From: Proteromonas lacertae | Lineage: Eukaryota | Direction of reading: 5' to 3' | Assembly: GCA_002245135.1 (NCBI GenBank) | Contig: NGBS01000871.1 | Span: forward strand, 186,001-250,000 | Length of the DNA stretch: 64,000 nucleotides | Shown: positions 55,160 through 64,000 of the stretch, in pieces | Position numbering within the stretch: the first letter of the stretch is position 1 | Layout: each line of letters opens with the position of its first letter | Notes under the pieces: model-generated | The model's input: the letters and a program-made list of their open reading frames with translations, nothing else | The model's database searches: none | Told to the model about the DNA's origin: nothing | Translations under genes and position numbers: made by a program

Positions 55160-58100
55160 ATGTTTAATAGCAATAATAATAATCAAGTATATACATCTTA
55201 TGGAACACTACAACAAAATGGTCCTAATACTTCTCCATATCAACCTCGTCAAGTTAATAGATATATTTACAGTGCAAATAGAGTAACACAAAATCAAATT
55301 CCATCTTTGATACCTCATTCATATCCGTATCAGCAATCTCAAACTCAACAGAAACAACAAATTAACATTCAACAACAACAACCACCTATTCAACAACAAC
55401 CACCTATTCAACAACATTCAACAACAACAACTTATTCAACAACAACATCCTATTCAACAACAACAACATCCTATTCAACAACAACAACATCCTATTCAAC
55501 AACAACAACTTATTCAACAACAACAACTTATTCAACAACAACAACATCCTATTCAACAACAACAACATCCTATTCAACAACAACAACTTATTCAACAACA
55601 ACCACCTATTCAACAACATCATTCTATTCAACAACAACAACTTATTCAACAACAACAACATCCTATTCAACAACAACAACATCCTATTCAACAACAACAA
55701 CATCCTATTCAACAACAACAACTTATTCAACAACAACAACTTATTCAACAACAACAACATCCTATTCAACAACAACAACATCCTATTCAACAACAACAAC
55801 ATCCTATTCAACAACAACAACAACTTATTCAACAACAACAACTTATTCAACAACAACAACTTATTCAACAACAACAACATCCTATTCAACAACAACAACA
55901 TCCTATTCAACAACAACAACATCCTATTCAACAACAACTTATTCAACAACAACATCCTATTCAATTACTACCTACAATTGAAGAAGAAGAATCATTACCA
56001 GCAATAGAAGATCAGTCTATTTTGGAAGATAGAGATCATATTCAAGAACAAATAATGCAGATTATAAAAGAACTACCAATACACCAGTTACATGATATAT
56101 TTCAACTTTTAGAAATTGTACAGAATCAAAAACAACAAATACTTCCTCTTCTTCATCACCTCACGATGATGCTAATGAAAGTGATGATGAAATTAGTAAT
56201 AAAGAAAAAGAAGACAAAATAGAAGAAAATTCAGATATGGAAAGGAAAGTCGATGAAATAGATGATGATGAAAAGAAAAAAAGGAAAAAAGAAGATGAGA
56301 TGAATAAAGTAGAAGAATCTATTGTATTTGCTTTTTTTGTCATTATTGTTTTATAGATAATTCAATTCTATATATTTGAAGAAGATATAAATGGAAAGAA
56401 TGTTTATGATTATCAACAAAATCTAAGTATTGAAGAATATATGAAATATAGTAGTGTATATAATGATATATTTAAATATAAATAGTATTTATTTCCTCAT
56501 TTAAACCAATTATCACCATTATTCAATGAAGAAATCAAAAAAGAATTTGTAGAAAATGATATAATAGAAGAAAACTACAATTTGTTGATAGATTCTTTAA
56601 TAAATATATGTTTGTATATATATATATATATAATTATAATAGAAAGAGTGAGAATATGTCAAAATCAAAATGTATTGATTTATTAAAGATAGTGATAAAG
56701 AGTATGAAAGATACATTTAATGATTCAAAGTTATTAGATAGATTGAACGAATTACTAGAAAGTAAAATTATTGATATAATAATAATAGATTGCCATCAAG
56801 ATAAAAACAACAAATCAAAAGAAATAAATAAATAAAAAGTAAAGAATGGAAGAATAGAATCAAAGCAACATAAAGAAGAAGAGAATAAAGCAATTAAATC
56901 AAACGTATTTCATTCTATATAATAATGAATAGATAATAAAGTTCTATTGTGTAGAATTAGAATATAATAAACACAAATTGGATTATTATATGAATTTAGA
57001 TGGAAAAACATCTCAAAATTATTTTAATCATGATGATTTATATGTATATTTTATATTGATAATGATTCTAGTTTTTCTTTCCTCACTTAAATCAAATCCA
57101 TCCACCCAAATTTACAGAAGATGAAAGAAAAGAATTTGTAGAAAATGAAATGATAAAAATATACTATTATGACTTAATGAGAGTTGTATTAATCAAGAAT
57201 GGATATGTAGTTGAATTTGAAGATAATACGTTTCAGCAACATCCTAATAATTATAGTAAATGGAAAGGAAAAGAAGAAACAAAGAGAGTATTACAGCATT
57301 TAAGACAAAGCATAAAAGATACATTCAAAGAAAATGATAAAATCAATTTGATAAATAAAATAATTCAAGATCGAATTAAAGGAACAATGCATGTAGAATC
57401 AGATGTATTATATATTATAATTTATAGAAATAGGTAATAAAATTCTACAGAGGAGAAATAAAATGTAAATACATTGAATATAATATAAATTCTTATGTCA
57501 ATATGAAACATGTAGAACTTAGAGGATGGCATCCATTGAATGAAATTAATGTATAAAGAATTATTATTATTACATTTTAGTGGTTATTACCAATAGTTGA
57601 TCAAGATAATCCTTCATTTACAGAAGATGATAGAATGATCTTTCAAAATGATGATTTATTTAAATATAACAATAAAGATATAATTTATTTAATATTAGAA
57701 AAATATGGTTATGATGTTGTTGAAAATGGAAATAATTTTAGAATTAATGATAATTATGAGTATATTTCTATTAATATGATTAAAATAGTTATTGGAGAAG
57801 TAGAGATGAATCATTGACAGTATTTGAAAGAATAAAGAATAGTTTAATGGTAATATGTGGAATAGATGATTTATACTATTCTTTAATAGAAAAGATAATT
57901 AATCACAGAAATTTAAACATTACAGCAATTGTATTTTTTAAAATATTAATAATCAAATAGAAAGATTTCATTCTATTTGACAGAAAAGTAAATCAATACA
58001 GTTTTGAAAATATATATAATATGAATCAATATGAATTTAATGAATTCTATATGGATGAATATATTCCAGTATATTTCCTAATTATATAATATATTAGTGG

Positions 58101-59477
58101 ATATTTCCAACAAAGCAACAGAATAATCCAAAACTAACAGAAGATGATATTAGAAAAATGAAAGAATTTACTAAAAGAGTAGAAAAATCATACGGCAATT
58201 TTCTTAAGAAATTAATATCCAAATATGGATTGAAATATGATGAAAAGAGTAAAATAATTAAAATAATAGTTGAATCAAAATACAAAGGAAATGATTAAAT
58301 GAAATATTTGAAATACCATTTTCTGTATTAGAATTTCAAAAGAATTATAAGAAAAAACCTCCATCATCACCAATTAGTAAGGAAAAAAATGAAATTAATG
58401 TATTAATTAATATAATATTTGATGTTTAGATAGTTTTTCAGTTTTACGATAATGTAACTCCTTTGAAAATAGATAGAAATTATTATAAAATAAGTGATTT
58501 AATAGAGATGAAAAATGAAGTTTTTTACAAACTCAATTTTAAAGTAGAACATTATAATATCATATTTCCCAAAATTGATCAAAAAAGTCCAAAATTTACC
58601 AAAGATGATAGTGAATGTATATATGATTTAATTTCTATTAAAATATAGTATTTAAACTGGATAAAGAAAAAGTTAACAGGGTGTTAGATTTATCAAACAA
58701 GTTCTTATCTGAATATGATATTCATTTTGATGCTTGTGGAAATTTAAATTATCCAGAGTTATATAAGATGTATATCAATTTTAGTTTATTATGTATTTAG
58801 AGATAATCATGCTTTACCATTAATAGCAATGATTACAGAATGTTGTACATTTCCACAAAATGAAATGAAAGAAGAATTGAGAGAAATGAAAGATAATCTT
58901 GATGATGAATTTAAATCAGTTAAACATACAATACAAGATGAATATTACTTTAAACAGCAAATAAAGGATTATTACTTTGGTAGAATAGAATTTAAGAAAT
59001 TGAGAATTAGTTTTTCATGCGATTCAATTATTGAGAATATTGTATGTAATTTTCTTGTATAATGAATAGAATATTATTCCAACAAAACCATTCTTCACAG
59101 ATTCAGAAATCAATGAAATAAAGAATAATAAAGAATGTTTAGGAAGAGTAAATGAAACAATTCAAAAATCATTAAAAGCTATTGGAATAGAAATTAAGGG
59201 GTTTAGTGTTGATAATATAAATACAAAAGAATTGTATATTTTGATAATTATATTATGTAATAGTAAAATCAATTTCATTGAAAAACAACAAAATTGGATA
59301 ATTTTAGAGAAAGTATGTGATTGCATTAAAGATTTTTATACAATTCCAAAAATGAAAGAATTTACTGGAAGTTTAAAAAGAAAAATTGAAGAATTAAAAA
59401 GTAAAAATGAAATTGTTATAAAACCAGATTTAAAAACATTTCTGGAAAAGTTAAATCCAATCTTTAAAACCATTTAA
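55160..59477 (+). pseudogene. Kinase-less paralog: poly-Gln repeat N-terminus + OGFr-like array, disrupted
   Basis: Frameshifts near 55415 and 56130. In-frame TAA at 56833 where the paralog has GAA. Out-of-frame ~1.1-kb deletion at ~58295 fusing repeat 4 to repeat 6. Confidence 0.7.
55370..55962 (+). repeat. Coding minisatellite (CAA)3-5 + CATCCTATT/CTTATT, encoding [13 protein letters not shown] units
   Basis: About 30 units of 15-21 bp visible directly. Confidence 0.9.
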
Positions 59478-59553
59478 TTATTTGTATTTTCATTTTTAAT
59501 AAACAATAACTCAGATACAAACATAAAACAAAAACAAATTAAAATAAATCATC

Positions 59554-62500
59554 TCAAATTTCATCATTTTCAACTTTGCCCCATTCACCTCTCTTATATA
59601 AATTTTCATATCTTTTATCTTCTCTCAATCTCTTCTTCATTATTTCACTCTTATTCTAATTATATTATATAATATATATGTATATATACATAATTTCTCA
59701 ACGATTTTAAACAGTGAATATAACTTGCTTGACAAGTTTTATCTCCACAAGCAATTGGATAAGAAGGATCTTTACAAGGACCTTTAAATTCAGATTTTAT
59801 ACAACTTCCGATATGAGGGAAATTATATGGTTTATTATCACCATCTTCACCACATTTATTAAAATCAGATATCGTTCTTTTATAATTTGCTAACACTAAT
59901 AATACATAATATGCTTTTTCTACATAAATATCAAAAGTTTTATCTCGAGAATCATAGTCAATATAATCTAATTTTGAACCTAAAAATACTATATTCCAAG
60001 GAGCCATATCTTCATAAAGAGGTAATTTTAAAAAATTATCCCAAGCTTTCTCTCTTTGACATTCGATTATATTCATTCGCAATATCGCTATTAATGTTAT
60101 TCCATAGATTGTTGTATATGGAATTGTAGCATTATCTTGACGAATTAATTTTACACTCTATTTCAATTATAATATATATATATATACTATTATATCATCT
60201 TTATTATAATGATTTCCTAAATATAAACTAAGGATTCCTTCATTATTTTCTTTACTCTTTTTCATTAATTCCATTGCTGTTTTGTTCTGTTCTATATATA
60301 ATGTGTAAGTTCGCTCATGACCATCTAATTGATACATGAAATGATGATGAACTTCTCTCTTCACTTTTAATATATCTATTCTTACTATATCACTTGAAAG
60401 TGAAGTAGCTCTCTATAATATAAATGTTTATAATATATATATATACATACATATGAATTATCTCTATCAAGCTTTGCTGAATTTATTATCATATTCAATT
60501 GACTGTATTTATAATATTGTCTTGGATGTAATGAGATTTTATATCTATTCACTACTCTTTGAACATTATAATATGATGGATATTTATTCCAAAATATATC
60601 AGTAGAAGGATCATCAAAAAATGTCATAAACAATAATGAGATTATTTGCGAAGATGGAATTCGAATAAATGAAGACAGAGAAAGAGTGAAAAACTTCTGA
60701 TAAAAATCATATACATTAGACAGTGTATTTATATTCATAAAATCAACCAATGACATTTCATTATACTGAAAACGAACAAATTCTGGTGAATTATAAAGAT
60801 CATTAATCAACGAAATGTCACTGTTTCTTACACATATTTGAATATTTGTTATATTTTTCTTATTTATTTCATTTTCTGCTATTTTACTATCTTCGGAAGT
60901 ATCAGTTAAACTGATTATAGTTGCTTCTGGATACTTTTGTGATAATAACCTTGAAAAATCACCTGTTTTTGAATTATAATTGATAAATGAGAATTTTCCA
61001 CTGTTTGTATCTTTCATTGTCATTTCTTTGATGATTGTATTGAAATATTTCTCAACATCTTCAACTTCATTTGATTGGAAATACAGATCTTGTTTATTAT
61101 CCTCAGAATTTGTATCTGAATATACTAAATAAGAATGAGTTACATTGTGAGAATAATATATATTCCAAGGTGGAAAATATTCTACACTGGAAAGAATTGA
61201 GTCAAAATCAAAGTGTAAATACATACTGATTAGATTCTTTTTCATTTCTTTGATTACTCCCATTTTTAATAACAAATAGAGTGAAATATCGGATGTTATA
61301 CTTGATATTGGTTTGTATGTAAATTCTTGGACTTCTATTCTATATACTGATCCAGATGGAACTAATTAATGATAAATAAATGAAATATATATCTATACAT
61401 TTAGATGGTAATATATCAACTATGACTTTATTCAATCCAACTGATGATAATGCATATCTTAATATATCTTCAATTGGATTATTAGAGCTATATCTTTCTC
61501 TTAATATTTTCATCGTTTCATTCATTTCATATTGAGGAAAATTGAATATTGAAATACTTTGGAATAGTACTTCAATAGAGGGGAAATAAATGAATGTTAT
61601 ATAACCACAGTTAAGTATTGAACCTAATAATAATTCAAATGATCTATTTCAAAAAATAATAATAAAACAATTGTATATATATATATATATATATATACTC
61701 CAAATTTCTACTACTTTCCATCATAGCGTTAATTATATCCATTGATATTATTTGATAATAAAACGGCTCTTTATTTAATGAAATTGTTTCAAACAAGTGA
61801 GAATTAATATCACTTTGACATAATAAATTGTTATTTATATCCATTATATTCACTAATTGATAGTGTGATTCAATATTCTCATAATTCAGTTTTAATGATA
61901 TGATATTTGATAGTTTGTATTTCTTTGATATTTTTATTGATAATAAACTTAAATCACTTCCAATACACAGTAAATTCCATCTTTTATTTAAATCTAATTG
62001 TGAAGGTAATATTGACCACCAATAGTTGTAGATTTGTTCTTCATTATTGATCATTATTCTTTGTAATGAATCTAATTACAGTAAAAATGATATGTTTTAT
62101 ATTATATACGAATATAACTGTTATACTGAACAACATTTCGTTTTGGTGGATAATGTAATCTTATATGATTTTCAATTATGTTTAACTTTATTGAGTTTAT
62201 CCAGTTGTTGTATGATTTGTCATTATTATCATATAATAATCTTCTATTCTCCATTTCAGGCTATTTAATATAATAATATATATATATATATATTATACTT
62301 TATCTGCTTTATTATCATTTTTATCATTTTCATTTACACCTAAATCAAATTTCTTTAAGAAATTGGCAAAGTCTTTAATCTCGTCATTATTCTTGTCTTT
62401 ATCTTTTTCTTCATTTATATTTTGCAGATTATCTTTGTTTAATTGTTCTTTTTTATCATCTCTATCACCAATATCTTTATCTTTCTTCTTTTCATCGCCT

Positions 62501-64000
62501 TTTTCATCCTTTTTATTCTCATCTTTAATATTATCATTTCTATTATCTTCTTTCTTTTCTTTATTGTTATTGTCATCATTCTCCTTTTTGCCATTCTTTA
62601 CATTATCCTGTTTTACTTCACATTTATCTTTATCATCACAATCAATATCTTTATTTTCCTGTTTATTATTGTCTTTCTTATTATTCTCAACATTTTCATT
62701 ATCTCTTTCATTCTTTTCATCTTTCTTTTCATTATCATTAAACCACTTATTATCATCATTTCCATTTTCTTTCTTTTCTTCATCTTTATTCTCCTTTTTT
62801 ACTTCACATTTATCTTTATCATCACAATCATTATCTTTCTTATTAACATTCTTATCTTCTTCTTCTCTCTTTTCAACTTCATTCTTTTCATTTCCTTTAT
62901 TCTCCTTATCATTTTCATTATTAAATTTCCATTTATTATCAAAATTGTTGTTATGTTTCCACTTATTATCATCATTTTCATTATCCTTTTTCTCATTCAC
63001 ATCTTTCTTTTCATTTTCATTATTGTCATTATTCTTCCACTTATTATTATAATTATAATTATATTTCCACTTATAATCATCCATATCATCTTTCTTTTCA
63101 TTCTCATTCTCTTTACCATCTTTTTTCTCATTTTCATTATTGTCTTTATTCTTCCATTTATTATCATTATTATTGTCTTCATCATTTTCTTCTTTCTTTT
63201 TCTTCTTATATTCCTCTATTAATGATGTATTATTGTTAATATTATTTAATTGACATGATGTTATATTGCCATTAATTGTAGTGTTTGTACAATTGGCTGT
63301 TGTATTAATAAGAAGAATTGGATCAATTATATAATCATATTCATCTATATAATAATAGAGAGATAATAATAATAATATATATATACTCTTTCTTAATATT
63401 AGATTATCCATCAAAACATCAATTGTTAAATTCTGTGTAATATTAGGTAATAATATGAATTTATTAAATAACAGATTCTTTTCATATTTTGATATATTAC
63501 AATATAATAATGACTGTAATTTTATTGGATTATATGATATCTCTTCTTCTTCTTCTTCTTCTATTTCTATTTCTTCTTTATTTTCTTTATTTTTATCATT
63601 TTCTTCTTCAAGTTGTCTATTATAATAGCTATACCAACTCTTTTCCTTCTTTTCTTCTTCTTTCTTTTCATTTTCATTATCCTTCTTCTTTTCATTATTA
63701 TTATCATCATCTTTCTTATTTTCTTTGTCTTTATTCATCTTAGTTGGTTTAATTACATGTTTTTTAATTGATAGAAAATACTCTGAAGTTACAGTTCTAG
63801 AATAATAACTATCACTATTCTCTTTATATTCCACTGATATTGTATCAACTTTATATTCTATACCTTTCTTCTTATTATTACCTCTTTTAGCGATAGATTT
63901 AGCGAATTCTATTTCATTTTCCCAATATTTATAATAATTATTGTGTGATGGAAATTTAACTGGAATGTATAGATGATTTACTAATTTTAATAAACTATAT
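59554..64000 (-). CDS. Partial large multi-exon protein with repeated methyltransferase-like + atypical kinase-like modules and a Cys-rich tail (5' end outside window)
   Basis: Motif-I-like LLCIGSDLSLLSIKISKKY and FINYNSKTGDFSRLLSQKYP; kinase-like YEDMAPWNI..DYIDYD and degenerate YFPPWNIYY; D/K/N/E-rich insert at 62293-63230. 3' end uncertain. Confidence 0.55.

Noticed and set aside
55404..55981. Mucin-like STTTTY protein (+) or poly-Leu protein (-), or a CRISPR-like array
   Set aside because: Alternative frames of a CAA-based minisatellite. Flanks show the Gln-rich frame is the real one, and there are no unique spacers.
62363..63222. Long hydrophobic F/L/S/I ORFs on the + strand
   Set aside because: Antisense shadows of the K/D/E/N-rich region of the minus-strand gene.

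Overview
AT-rich, very compact eukaryotic nuclear DNA holding about 30 intron-containing genes. Introns are mostly 26-36 nt (GTAT...TAG). At least two are U12-type (AT-AC, AT-AA). PGK and GAPDH carry mitochondrial-type presequences, and one gene has a putative-Ig (He_PIG-like) domain. Together these point to a Blastocystis/Opalinata-like anaerobic stramenopile (inference). Gene models were spliced by hand from the sequence. Recognisable genes: GnT-I (two inverted copies), TMEM161, an MBL-fold hydrolase, two RING paralogs, RPAP3, a degenerate JmjC-PHD protein, PGK/GAPDH head-to-head, a diflavin reductase, NDC80, USE1 and a GatC-like gene. The most unusual region is 44.8-59.5 kb. A ~20-intron gene splices a NEK-like kinase in frame to eight tandem, degenerate OGFr-like domains. 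It is flanked by a kinase-only paralog and a kinase-less array paralog, all arranged as interlocking inverted repeats whose inversion would swap modules in frame. Other unusual architectures: CK1-FHAx3-cNMPx2-FHA-CaaX, Arb2-FYVE-VPS9-IQ, BTB-BACK with swapped C-terminal domains, and a repeated methyltransferase+kinase-like (WbdD-like) protein. Scattered single-base indels in conserved genes suggest long-read consensus error.
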